The translations under genes and the position numbers were made by a program. From Kudoa neothunni (taxonomy: Eukaryota; Animalia; Cnidaria), in contig OZ199838.1 in NCBI GenBank assembly GCA_964304625.1, forward strand, positions 2,643,702-2,707,701: a DNA stretch of 64,000 bases, in the 5' to 3' direction. Within the stretch, counting starts at the first letter, position 1; every line of letters starts with the position of its first letter. The notes under the pieces are model-generated. The model saw nothing but the letters and a program-made list of their open reading frames with translations, did not search any database and was not told the DNA's origin. Shown here piece by piece: positions 36,601 to 49,505 of this stretch.

Positions 36601-39600
36601 ACTCCAAAAATTACGTAGTGGATAGTTGATAGTTGGTACCTAAATAGGCTAAAATTCTGGATTTAGAATGTTAAGTTGATAAGCGCTCAATTTAACTGTA
36701 TTTCTCTCAGCCAATATTTGAGGAATTATATGAGATATCGTGAGTAATACAAGTTGATTCTTTGCAAAACTAATAAAATATGAATTAAGTGCCTTCTGCG
36801 CCATTATTTCGTAGATGTGGTAAGTTCTCGTCATTCTTTATTATGATTATACCATGGCCTTTACATTTAACATTTAGAACAGGGGTCAGCAACCTACGGC
36901 CCGCCATACGTAAACTTACATACAAATTTGTCTTAATATCTATTACGCAAAATCATTTTTAAGTTTTTATCTAGATTGTTTTCCCAAATGTTAATATATT
37001 GCCGATATAAACAGTTTAGCCGATTAAAATTCATTTCCGTTAAATCGGGATAAATATTACTTCCGAATAACGTCATATTATTCCTATAAAGTGTAAAATA
37101 TTTTTAAAAGGCATAAATCTATATCTAATGTTGTTCGATGTATTCCAGTAAGTCGTTCATTCACAAGTTAAGCACGAGTTGATTACACTGCACTTGCACA
37201 TTATGGAATATAATACTTTTGATTTGACGCGCTTTTATAGTTTAAATAACTTTTATAAATATTTAAATTCGAAATTTTAATTAAGAATAATTTAACATTT
37301 TAGAAAATTAATTTTAATACGACCTACATTGGAATTATGGTATTGTCCGTTCGGCCCGCCGCTTAAAAAGGCTGCCAATTCGTGATTTAGAGCAATGTTC
37401 CCCACCCTTTTCAACCCTGACCCACGTAAATAGTAAATATTGAAGATGTTTACTCAAATTAAAAGTTGATTTTTAATGTAATATTTATATCCAATATTAT
37501 ACATAATCATTTAAATTGTATATTTTTATCATGATTAATTTTACACATGTTACCAACAATTTTACTGTAATTTTCAAACGTTATTATTGCACGTTAAAAT
37601 AATATTATTCAACCTCCATGTTACTCCCGTGTCGTCTCATCATTTTTGTTTTAAGGATCTCGGCGATTTTCTCACATTTTAATTTTTCTAATTGTAATAT
37701 TGGTTATTCGTTATTTTTAAGAAATTAGTTCTTTGGGTCCAATAATGCAATCAATAAAAATTTACAAATTATTAGCATTTGTTAACTTGTTTACTCCATC
37801 ATATTCAATGCAACGAACACAAAATATGTTTTTATATATATTTTTCCTCAAGTCATGAAAAATATTATGTAGCGTTTGTGGTATGTTTTCTAGTAAATTA
37901 TAAAAATAAAACTTTAATTTTCAATGTCCTTCTGATAACGTAATTTCAGGATAATCGGAAGTTCACTCTACTCCATGCAAATTGCGCACGCTCCATTTAC
38001 AAATAAATTGGTTTTTTGGTGTAAAAAAACATTTGTTAATTTTTTTTAATTAATTTTAAAGTTGAAACGAAAGTATAAGTTCACTCTTTCCATATCAATT
38101 GCCATACCGATTTAATTTTCTTTATTTAATACGTTATATAAAGTCGTTAATTTATCCTATAATCTGAACAAAAAATATGTGACATCGAGTATTTTTTTAA
38201 TAATTCGTACAAATCTTTTTCCTAAATTAAAAGTAATAAATTTTCCAATACTTTCTAGAATTTTTGAGTATAAGCAAAATATTTATCCCTGTAGAATCAT
38301 TTATAACTTAAATCTAATTATATAACAATTTTCTACTGTGTCAAATAGAATATCTAATTCATTGATTGTAAGTAATGTGACTGACATTTAATATATAAGG
38401 ATGGTGAAAAAATATGGGTTGGACGCGCGAATTATATTTTCATGAATAGTTGAAAGCATATTGCTTCGTGTAATAAAATCTTTATTTTAATGCAGATTAA
38501 TGTTGTGAACTTCAAAAATTCTTCCTGTAGAAGAATTTCGGATGAATGATGCTTACAATGTCTGGATTGAGGTTATTAATTCGAAGAGCAAACTAAAGTG
38601 CTGTAAATAGTTTCAGTTTTAATAGTTATTAATATTAATGTTCGGTGTTATTTATGAAAGTTCTTGCTTCATGTAAATATTTTTTGAATAGTTTTATTTG
38701 TGTTAAATATTCAAAATAGAAAAACTTATAAAATCAGAACGCTCTGTTTCATGAAATTAGACGGTCACAGCAAATACATGAATAGTTACGTGTTTTAATT
38801 TAATGAATAAAAAAATTAACTCACATTTGTCAGGTTTTTAATTTGAAAAATTTTTCGGGTTCACCAACAACAAACGTATAAAAGAATGAACATTGCATAA
38901 TTAGAACGCATGTAGGTCGTTTAAGATGGCATGATGAGATAAGTTTTTACTGGTTTCCATCATGAAATATGCTACATTATTCATAAAACAACAATATGTA
39001 GCTTGGATCAATATATCTTAAGTCCAAAAGTTAAATAATACTATCCATCTCAAGGGTATCCTTCATGGTACGGGTCCACGTTTTCCCGCGCCATCCAAAT
39101 TAGCCATAAAATTTTTGATGACCCAATGTTGGGAAACACCAATTTAGAGTGTACATGATCGTATTTTTTATTAATTCAAAGGGGTTTCTTAGTCGGCTTC
39201 GTTAAAATTAATTCCACCTTAACAATTATAATAAATATGTATAAATATTTTACGACTGGTAAATTATTATCATGCGTTTGTTTACACTTGTAATAATAAT
39301 TAATGATTCTTCCAATTATTTGCTGCATATGTGCTCCTTCAGTCTAAGTCTAACATGATATATTTCAGAAGTGGCCAGACCGAGACTTGCCCAGATCGGG
39401 AGCCGACTTTAAGGTTACCCTAATCTTCAAGAGCCCCGCAAGGCACTAAAATCATTTATGTACTTCTTCCTTATTTAAAACTTACATTTTTGGAAAATAG
39501 TAAGATAAAATGTTGTTGAATTATAAATCAAGGTTTTTTAAGTTTTTCCTATTCAGTGAATCGCCAAAAAACTTACATATAATTTTTATAGGTATAATTT

Positions 39601-42572
39601 AGCATGGTTTTTCCAAAAAAGTAAATTAGTAGTTAACGATCCAAGAAACTTTTTATCCATTGAAAGGGTCGCAAAAATAATAAAATATTTTTCACATTTA
39701 ATCATATATGGTAGTCTGACAAAAATAAAATATCTACGAATAAAGTAATAACATAAGGATTTAATTTTTTCTAATGTTACAGGTTTTTTATGGTTCTACA
39801 TTATCAGCGAGCCGACGGTGATCCGGTTCATATGCTGTTAACGCTGTACGAATTAATTCCGTCAGGCGTCTGTTTGTGAGGAAAGGTTCTCGATGCTTCG
39901 ATTTTACAAACTTTATCGTTGAATAAATAGACTCGTAACAATAAGTTGTTCTATGGATAGTAATAAGTTTGAGGAATATTTATTTTCTGGAACGTATTTC
40001 CAAAATTCGCCTGATGAGTTGGAATTATGAATCATCTTTAAAGCTTTAATGCGTGTTTTATTCTTTCGACGTCTATCACTTTGGATATGGATAAACACTA
40101 ATTCCAATTGTATTTCCTAATGAAGCTAGTAATAATTATAGTTTTCATCATATTAAAACTATATAGTAATTTTTACCTATGTTTTCTAATCAAAAATATT
40201 ATCTAGTTTACGATTTAACAGTAAATTTCTTCACTTCATTAAGTAGTTCAGACTTTGTACTTTTGTGAATAAACGTTCTGATGAATTAAAAGAATTAAAC
40301 TAAAAAAATTTTTTCAAGAGCCACATGTGGCTCGCGAGCTATGGTTTGGCCATCCCTGGTATATTTGAATGTCGGAGTTTTCTCTTCCGAATGAATGTTG
40401 ATCTAAATTAGGGAATAATTTGTAAATTGGAGTATTTTGCAGTTTTAGCTTAATAATAAAAATGGATTTCTTAAAGGTCTAAATAATAAATCGTTATTTT
40501 TTCTCATATATAGTTGAACCTCGATTATCCGGAAATCGCGCTATCCGGAACAACTATTTAATCATAATTTCTAGTCAAAGTACCACACGTCACCGTACGA
40601 CATATAATGTAATGTAACATATGTACCAATGTAATATTTAATCGAAAATATTTCTAGGTTAATTATTTATAGATTTTTCTTTTTAAACTTAAGTTAAGAA
40701 TTCAGTTCTAATATCGATTAGTACTAGATCCGAACATATGTCCGTATGCATTTAAATAAACATTTATTACCGATTATTTCAAAAAATAGATTACTCTCCT
40801 GTAGAAGTGTTTTTCTCCCATAATTATGTACTGTTTTTTAAGTGTCTATATTCTTAGCTAATGGATATGTCAACATTTTTAATCAAGTTGCAGAAGTTAA
40901 ACTATTTTACCTAATAAATATTAAAAATTTTTTATGAATCAAGTAGATAATCCATTCAGTAAAAATAAAAAAAACCGCACGCGTAAGATATTCTTCATGT
41001 TCAATTAACCGGAACCTCGCCATCTGGAAACAAAATCGCTTGTCCCAAATTTTCCCGATTATCGAGGTTCGAATGCAGTTTGTAGAGAATTTTTGACGAT
41101 ATTTTAGGACTCGATTAATCCATTAAGTAGAAAATATTCATTTAATATCAAATAATAAGGTTAAATATTATTTCATATTCGTTGTAAATAACGCAAATTA
41201 TTAATAGTTATTACTAACATTTCGTGCTTTGTTAAGTTAGCAACAAAAATCACTTAAGAATTATTATTACATTCCATGTTTGGATATTTAAATAGAACAT
41301 TTTTGATGGTTCTACAACTTAAAATATACTATCTCAAATAATGTACTCTATATTTGGAAAAACATTTCCAGTGGACAATGTAGGTAGGGGTTGATAGTAT
41401 GAATCTTTTGGGTTTATGTGATGTTGACTTTTTAATTGGCCAGGTTACACATCATCCTCCAGCCTGTACGTTATTCGCTGAGGGAAAAGATTGGACCTAT
41501 ACCGAAAATTTCAATGCGAAAAGCAAATTCCGTGGAAAATACTTGACTGTTGATATGCTTGGTCTGGCCCATCTTCATCTAGTCAAATCTAAGCATGATA
41601 TTACTTGGAATAAGGTCACTTGTACTGTAAATAACATTATAATCGGGACCCTTTCTATCGACCAGGTACCAACTTGATGGTTTTGTTTCTAACGTCGAAT
41701 AACACATTCATACTTGGTTTTAGACGGGGACGAGCGAAATTGTTAACCATCAAACTGGGGATATATGTAAATTGACCTTCCATTCACATTCAATGTTTAA
41801 TAAATCAATGCGACGGAAAGTACCTTTATGAATTCTACTTTCGTGATTTCCTTAAAACTTACAACTATTTTTATTGGTTTAGGTCACTGGAACTGTCTCT
41901 GATAAGAATGGTGTTGTGCATTATATTCTAGATGGAAAATGGGATGAAGGACTCAAATTCGCAAAAGTACTATCCCAAAATAGTGATGGCTCTTATGAGA
42001 CTAGCAAAATTCTACCACTTTGGACTATAGAACAAATACCGTACATTTACTCATAATTCTAAATTTTTATATTTCTGTTCGGGATGACTGAGTTATTTGT
42101 AGGATGGATTCGAGCAAAATGTATAATTTTTCCGAATTCACCTGCTCATTGAACCAACCTGATCCCAGTGTTGCACTTACTGACAGTCGTTTTCGTCAAG
42201 ATCAACGTCTCATGGAAGAAGGCCGTTTTCCAGCTGCAAACCAAATCAAATGTTCACTCGAACAGAAACAACGATTACGACGAAATATGGCTATCAACCA
42301 ACTTAAAGCCAAAGTATTTATTTGTGGTGTATTTCTGTGTGCGATTGGAATAACCTATTTTCACCAATTAGGGTGGTGTTCTTCCCGACCATTGTGATGA
42401 AGCTATTGATCCTGTTTGGTTTTTTGTCGATCCATCTCCTCCCGCCAAAGCACCTGCTACTTTATATAAATACAAGGGAGGTTATTGGGAACACAAATTG
42501 ACGAAAGATTGGAGTCAATGCCCCGATATATTTGAACTTTCACCCGACGAAATTATTGAAAATGATGATTAA
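27624..42572 (+). CDS. OSBP: Oxysterol-binding protein (PH, FFAT, ORD)
   Basis: PH domain (KWTNYVSGFQTRWFVL), FFAT-like DEFHDALSE (~35272-35298), [43 protein letters not shown], signature EQ|VTHHPP, TDSRFRQDQRLME, YKGGYWE..CPDIF; stop at 42570-42572. Large introns 29068-35124 and 36193-41443. The start at 27624 is inferred from two in-phase upstream introns. Confidence 0.93.
29346..31209. mobile_element. Tc1/IS630-like relic with ~150-bp TIRs in OSBP intron
   Basis: 29346-~29497 (..TGGATGGGAATATTTCCTAGAATATGTGAGATATTAAAAATT..) is an inverted repeat of ~31057-31209. The terminus CAGTGGCAATTTTCATGGA resembles that of the 703-2198 element. Confidence 0.75.
36880..37384. mobile_element. hAT MITE A
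   Basis: Left TIR CAGGGGTCAGCAACC, subterminal CGGCCCGCC near both ends, flanked by 8-bp ATTTAGAA / ATTTAGAG. Confidence 0.75.
37393..39141. mobile_element. hAT non-autonomous element B
   Basis: Left CAATGTTCCCCACCC; right end reverse-complements to TGGTGTTTCCCAAC; perfect 8-bp TSD ATTTAGAG at 37385-37392 and 39142-39149. Confidence 0.75.
40316..40358. mobile_element. Orphan hAT right terminus
   Basis: AAGAGCCACATGTGGCTCGCGAGCTATGGTTTGGCCATCCCTG: palindromic subterminal motif ending in CCCTG. Confidence 0.55.
40511..41075. mobile_element. pogo/Tigger-like MITE
   Basis: TAGTTGAACCTCGATTATCCGG...CCGATTATCGAGGTTCGAATG inverted termini with internal TCCGGAA repeats; a related right end occurs at ~56820-56862. 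Confidence 0.65.
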
Positions 42573-44449
42573 GCGCACATCGCCAGAACAACTAAAAACT
42601 GCTTTCTAGTTATTAACACCTGATGGTTGTCTCATTTTTTTATTTTTTACAGTCAATTTCAATCTTCTGTTAATTGGTATTCAGCCACGACTTATTCTGA
42701 TTACATTAAATTGAATGTTGTAGATCGTTTTTATTCGTTAGTTTGGTTCTAATTTCTCCACCTCACATTGTTTAGTGCTTATTCTACATCCCTTATTGGC
42801 TGCAACAATAATGTAGCATTTTTGTAACTTTGAGCTTGTTACTATTGATATTTGGTAGTGTATTCTAATGTTTGTACATCTGGGCGCAGACGATCATTTT
42901 TATATTGCATTTGCATGGGCGATAGTCGATTGCGCTTCTATGATAATATTCCGTTTCGTCTATTATCATTAATATTTATGGTTAAAATATATTTTCCTAA
43001 TCGAAAGGTTCTCAATCTGGGTTCGGTGAACGAGTTTGAGAAGCCCGGCGGATAAATTTGCAATTTACAATTAAACTTAAGATCAAACTTCAGCTACCGT
43101 TTTCCCCTATAATAAAACCTACCCCCAAATACCCCAAATACCCCAACCCCAAATAAGACTGAATGGCATTCTCGAACGATTTTATGGTAGGGATTTAGTA
43201 AAATATTAAAAATTTGGATATTCTGATTCATATCATATGACAAGATATCTCCAAAAATGCAATTTCGTTGGCTAATTAATAATACAGTAGGTCTCGATAT
43301 TGCGAGGTTCGATGTAGGGTAGTTGACATTTTTTTAATTTCTGTATTTAACGTTGTATACAAAAATATGAAATAACATTTATTTGACGTGATTTTGGTAG
43401 AATTCAGGGTCTTGCTATTGGGCAGTAATTACTTCCAATTTTAATCCGATAAATCCATCAAATTACACATTCGAGCGGTCGTTGTTGCGAGAGAAAAAAG
43501 AAATTTTGATATAAAATTGAAATTATTCAGTATTATAATTCAATTAAATCCACCTGAAATGCGAATAAATGACTCTAGAGAAACATAGATTATATATTAT
43601 GTTATTGTGAGTTTTATTCAAATTAGAATAGGTTCTTCTTCTCTGAATATTACTTCGCCTAATAAACCTGATATAATAATAAACTCCAACGTTGCTTCCA
43701 ACCGTAACAAGATCGTAAGTACATAATATGTCTAGGTTGAAATTGAGTTAAATGACCGGATGGTGTCAACCTAAATAAGAAAAATATTCTAGAGTTTGTA
43801 ATCACCGAGGAGGCAAACCTTTTGCTGATGATCTTAAAATCATTGGTTTCAGTTGAAGCAAAGATTGGCTTAAAAATTTTAAGAGTTGTTCTTGTTTTGT
43901 AAAGTCATTTTCCGTGCAAAAGCGGAGAGTGTTGATGGTAATATTGTTAATGCTCAATAAAACAAATTTCCAGATGATAAGTAGATTTGAAAAAGAAGAC
44001 ATTAAATCTTGGCGAGACTGTTCTTTTTTATGAAAATTTCACTCAGTGAACATATGCAATAAAGAATAAGTAAAATTAGAAAGAAATGAAACATTCAAAA
44101 AACCAGCCATCGCATATCGCATTATAGGTCCCTTAATCTACAAGAAAATAATTTTTCCATAAATTTTCGTTGATAACTTCAAAGAGACCGATTGGTTTAA
44201 AGGAACTTAATGGTTTATCTATTAAATAGTACGATCAAAAAATGGTTTGATGTTTTCAACTTTCTTTTTGGTATTTTAAAAAATCTTGATCAAAAGTTCG
44301 CAACAGAAACGGACATGTTTATATAGTTAGATCGATGTCATTCATATTCATAAATAAATAATTTAAACAAAGTAGACCACTTTTCCTTAAAAAATAAAAA
44401 ATTTATTCCTATGGCACATGCGCCATGATTCGATTTTTTTTGTTTACAC

Positions 44450-44953
44450 GGTCAAACCCTTGGTGCAACTTGCTAGGTTGTGAAGTTCGAGCTGATTAGG
44501 CCTTCTCCATTCACACTGTAGGCACCGCAGCGTCATATTAAGGCGACTTAGGTTTAGGCGGTAGGTAGTGTGGGATTTTAACCCGCTAAACATCCTCGTC
44601 TCGGAGCAATCACCACTCCAACCAGAGCACCCTTGATTAACTAATCCGAAATTATTTGGGAAGTCGTCTGAATGCGGGCGTCGGCTCTACAGAACCCCCC
44701 TACACCTACTGGGTTGTATTTCGTTCCTGTACCACCGTGTTTATGAGCGCCCGAGTCCTACCCTTCCGCCAGGCTCCCCTCCCAGTTGAAAAGTTGCAAG
44801 CAAGGCCACGATAAATCGTAGATCCTCGCGATTACTACAATTTTTACTACTTAATTTCGGATTAGGAGTACAAGAACGCCCGGACTTAGGTTTCAAACTC
44901 GCAACCTCGCGCGGTATGAGATCTCGACCTAACAGCACTATGCCATATTGTCC
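44450..44953 (-). mobile_element. tRNA-derived SINE (~500 nt, GC-rich)
   Basis: Minus-strand head GGACAATATGGCATAGTGC (A box) ...GGTTGCGAGTTTGAAACC (B box). GC-rich body in an AT-rich background, ending near an A-rich tract. A related B-box fragment lies on + at ~45830-45875. Confidence 0.65.
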
Positions 44954-46002
44954 AGACTGCCTTGGTGTGATATCAGATCTTTTAGAAAGAGTTTATAAGA
45001 TTCGTTCTAGCATAAGGCCTACGAATATTGATTCTGAAAGATGTTTCTCCCAATGAAACCGTGTTATTTCCCGTTGAGAACAAAATTGAGTCGTCCCTCG
45101 AAACTTGAAATCATTGTGTTTATTAATGAAAATAGAAATAATTCAATTTAATTTGAACCATGCGATTTTTTATTGCGTATTTAAAAAATTTAGTCTTAAA
45201 ATATTTATAATAATTTTTAAAGGTAATAACAAACAATTTTAAATAATCAAATGAAAACAATAAAGGTAAATATAAAATTTAATTCAACTTTACAATAAAT
45301 CGAAATTTTGTGTTAAAGAGTATATTCAAACAAAGAACGACTAAAATAAGATATCAATCTATCATATTTTTACATTCTTTTTTTGTGCAAAAAAAGTTAA
45401 CATTTATAATTGAAAAATTTATTTACAAAACCTAAAGCCGTTTTAGAAATTAACGAAACCGAACCGTCTAAACTCCAATTATCATAATTAAACAATTTTT
45501 TATTTTATATTGTAAATAACACTATTTCAAACGAATACATGTAATATTAGAAAGTTTGAAATAATAAATAATACAATAAATAATGTTTTATTGCATTTTT
45601 TGGGTCCGAATCGACTAAGCCATAAAATGACTCACGTAATATCGATTAATATACCTGTATAGCGTATATTGAGTATAGACTAAAATCTTTAAATGTTTAG
45701 TTAACCCAATTAGTTGTTTTATATAATTAAGCACTCCCCTACTCAAACCAGTCTCCTACACCAATTGGATTGAAGCAACAAACGTTCACCACAATTTTTT
45801 TCAACAACGGAAGAGAGGTACGGGTTTTTGACCATTGGACGTCGACTCGACGCTGAAAATTGCGAGTTCAAACATCACTCCCTACTTTGAGCCTATCGCT
45901 TTGCATCCACGCCGTGCACCTTTATTCCATAAAGAAAATAATAACTGTAGTTCGTAATCACTAATTTTTACTATGTGACTTCATTTTTATGTCATCATAA
46001 AA

Positions 46003-48388
46003 TCAATTTGGAGAGTCGCCCAGATGTTTAAATCCTGGAACTTATCAAAAAATAAAAATTCTGCCTCCAGCTCCCACAGAACCAACTCAAATAAAATTTT
46101 AAATAATAACATCTTGGTTTTACTCATCTCAAGATAATTTTTATTGCATACATTCTCACACTGCTACAACGAGGAGTTAAGGTGAGATATTCTAGTGATA
46201 AATATTCACGCATTCAGAAATATTGTAATTCACGCATATAGACACAGTACATACATATCGTAAAACATTTAAATAAAATCATAAATAAACAAATGCATAT
46301 GAGAGGGTTGGAAAGAATAAAAAATGGAGTCAAACAATAGAATTTGGCGGTGTATGTTGCTTTGTCAAATAGCTCAATTAATATCGACACTATCATTGAA
46401 CATGCTGGAATTGTTTCGATCCCCCAAATCACGATTTGTACTCTTAAAAATATCGTTCATATTTACACGAGGTATAGGACCGAATATGTTATCTGCGACC
46501 AGTTTCTTTTCGGTAATCTAAATACAACCATCACAGTTCGATCATAAGTGGGTATCGACAGAGTAAAAAACAACAGTACTTGTTTGGTGACTGATTGCCA
46601 AATTTGTTCACTTCTAGCCCAATCAGGTATGGGTTTGGTACTATCGGAACATTGCACATAATAATTATCCTCATCATCGGATGTTGCTTGACTGTCCACA
46701 ATAGTCATTTCATATTGGGGTACAATAATGGATGAATTTTTTTTACTATTTTCCTTTTCAATAACAAATGTGTTATTATTTTGATCTTCCGATGTGTGAG
46801 GGTTGTCGACATTGGGTAATGTGGATGAGAAATTCAATGCGTCTTCAATGACGAGATTGATTGCTGCATGAGACACATAGGAATGGCTCTCATTGAGGGT
46901 GACATCTATGTTGTTTAGTGATCGTTTGTGACTTTGTGCATTGTTGAATGGGGTGCTGGAAACAGCCGCCAGTTTTTCTTCAAACATTTCAGTGTGATCG
47001 TTCTCTTTTATCAACGACCCACCATCATCCAATGCAGCTAACAAATTATTAGTATCGACCACAGTTGTTGGTTGGTTGCACGGTGCAGTTATCTCATCAC
47101 AAACAACATCAACACTTAAATCTGGTATGGTTTCCAACTTTTGAAATTGCGAGCGTTGATCCTTCTTTTTCGGTGGCAGATTGGACAATTGAGAGGTGTC
47201 TTTTCCAAGATACAAAGTGGTTGGATTGAGGTCGCTATGGGTTTTGAATTTGATAGGAGTGAGCTGGTGTGTTTTAGTGGGTTTGGTGTTTTTGTTCAGT
47301 TCGGCTATTTTTTCTAAATAACATAAACACATCAAAATCAACCCTTCTATAAATATGCGCTCAACCAACCTCTAGCAACTTGCTTACGTAATTCTTCATA
47401 TTTGTATTTTTGTAAGCGCTCTTCTTCCGCCTTCATTCTTCGTTCCTTATTTGCCATTATGCGATTCATTGTTTTGGATTTCATTTCTTCTTGTTTGGCT
47501 TTTACTTGTACTTTCTTTTGATGCTGCACTATTTCACATTTGGCCAATTTTTCTTTAAAACTATTCTCGCTCCCAGTTCCGACTTTGCTTTGATTGTTAG
47601 AGGTAATATATGGGTTGATGGGTGTTTGAGTTGGAAATTTATTGTTGGTGTTGGTTGGTTTAGACATTTGTGAGTACGTTCGTTTGGACTTTTCATTTCT
47701 ATCCAATATCAATAGAAAAAACTAGAATCAAAGTGGAATACTCTTTTTTAGATTTATTTTTCCATGGACTGAGTAAATTTTTCAATGGTGTTTTATTTGC
47801 GGTAATTTTAGGCGGTTGGTTAGATGTACTCGTCTAAATGAAATTGGTAACTGCCACACATACCGTCTCCAAATACCTGGTTTTTATCCACATGAACCAC
47901 TGAGGTTGTTGGTTTTGGTAGAGTTTGAGAATTGACCGCAACAGGCGGAGCTTTGAGGACAAATTCATTAACTGAACTATTCGCTGAAATGGTGTCATGA
48001 CTCATGCTTGAATCCGCTTTGAAATGTTCATCCTCTTCACAGATAAGGGAAAGTTGTTTGTTGACCAAACTGTGCTTTTTTTCGTCTTGGGCAGTTAATG
48101 AGCATTCCGGTTGGGTCAACTCAAACACAGATGATTCACTTACTACACTCATATCACCACCACTATTTGCTTATCAATAAAGAAATTTGCGCAACAACAA
48201 AATTATTACCCGTGCATAATATCATCTAACCGTTTCTTGATTGTAGTTAGCCACTTTGGAATGTCTTGCATCTCTTTTTGCATCCTTAAAACAACTGAGG
48301 CAACATGCTGCTCACAGTTGTCCAAATTTCCTTCAATTTTGAACTTGTACGATCTAGTGAATTTTGCTCCAGCATTCTTTCTGAGCAT
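46003..48388 (-). CDS. INCENP: Inner centromere protein INCENP (divergent, short)
   Basis: N-terminal helix with WLTTIKKRL, charged SAH-like segment (KERRMKAEEERLQK), IN-box (YEMT..SDDED..KPIPDWARSEQI..IFGPIPRVNMNDIFK). Introns are in phase; the last exon and stop are uncertain. Confidence 0.8.
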
Positions 48389-49289
48389 CCTAACGCACCA
48401 CAAAAAATTTGCGCGAAATTGAGAGCTGCGTGCGCTTGATGTGAAAAATACTAGTGGTGAGTGCGACGAATTATTAAAATTTATACAGATCGCGAATGTA
48501 AGTATAAAAATTAATATTAAAATTCTACTTTAAATCATAGTTGATTTAGATCGGAACATGTCAAATGGGTTCGTTGGATCGTTCCATAGTTTAATCCAAT
48601 GGTGGGTAAGGTGCGGCCATCGAAGAATTTTTGTGCGGTCTGTGGATGAGTTTAGAAAAAGACTGAAAAATTGCACGAGCGTACACGATTTTCACAATCT
48701 ATTAACATCGAAGCAGCGTTTTTCTTCCATAAACCAATTAAAAAATAACTTTTTGACAAATATCTTAAATTTATAAACGTTAATTTTACTCGATTCAGTT
48801 ATCCGATTTGATATTTTATCTACGCTTGCATCCTGCGTATGATGATCGTATGTAATAGTGATCAAAGTAAGGTCTAATACGCGTTTAAAACGAAATTAAA
48901 GGTTGACAACTTTGGATAAAACTGGTACTTGCGATTCAATTCCAATTCACGACAAAAAAATCTAAAATTACCTATATGTTTAAAACACATGAACATGCGA
49001 TACTCATATCTAAATAATAGGTTTAACGCAATAAGAAACATTATCATATCTTTCACTACAAGGATGCATTAACAAAAAAATTATTTATTACTATATTGTA
49101 AAAGGCATAAAGTCGATGTAGTCTGCATCGTTTTTTAGATATCCTTAGATTTTTAACCATAAATGTTTATAAAAGAAATGTATCAATTTATCAACTTAAT
49201 GTAGGAATAGTTTTCTATTTATCTTCTTAATTTTATCGAGTGATAATGCGCTCAAACTCCCCTTATTAATCATCGTTTGTTGACATCAC

Positions 49290-49505
49290 ATGTGTTGTAC
49301 AATTAATGATGAAAACCGTGATTTTTATGATGATTGGACTCAAAAATATCTCCCCACACATTCAATGAATAAAGCGGTCTGTTGGCTCTGTCTCGAACCA
49401 GTTCCTGTATTAAAGGAATATAACTTGAACCGACAACACCAAATGAAACATGGGGACTTCATTGAGAAAACCAAAGATAACAATAAAGAACAAACGGTCT
49501 TATAA
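49290..49505 (+). pseudogene. hAT transposase N-terminal zinc-finger fragment (SPIN/Charlie/GTF2IRD2-like)
   Basis: ENRDFYDDWTQKY..KAVCWLC..VLKEYNLNRQHQMKH; no downstream catalytic domain; a hAT-like end lies near 50300-50332. Confidence 0.75.

Noticed and set aside
40005-40060. CTGATGAG, a hammerhead ribozyme core word
   Set aside because: No matching GAAA with supporting stems nearby.
44860-44953. Functional tRNA gene
   Set aside because: The B box is mutated, no clean cloverleaf or terminator is evident, and it is continuous with a long GC-rich body; better explained as a SINE head.
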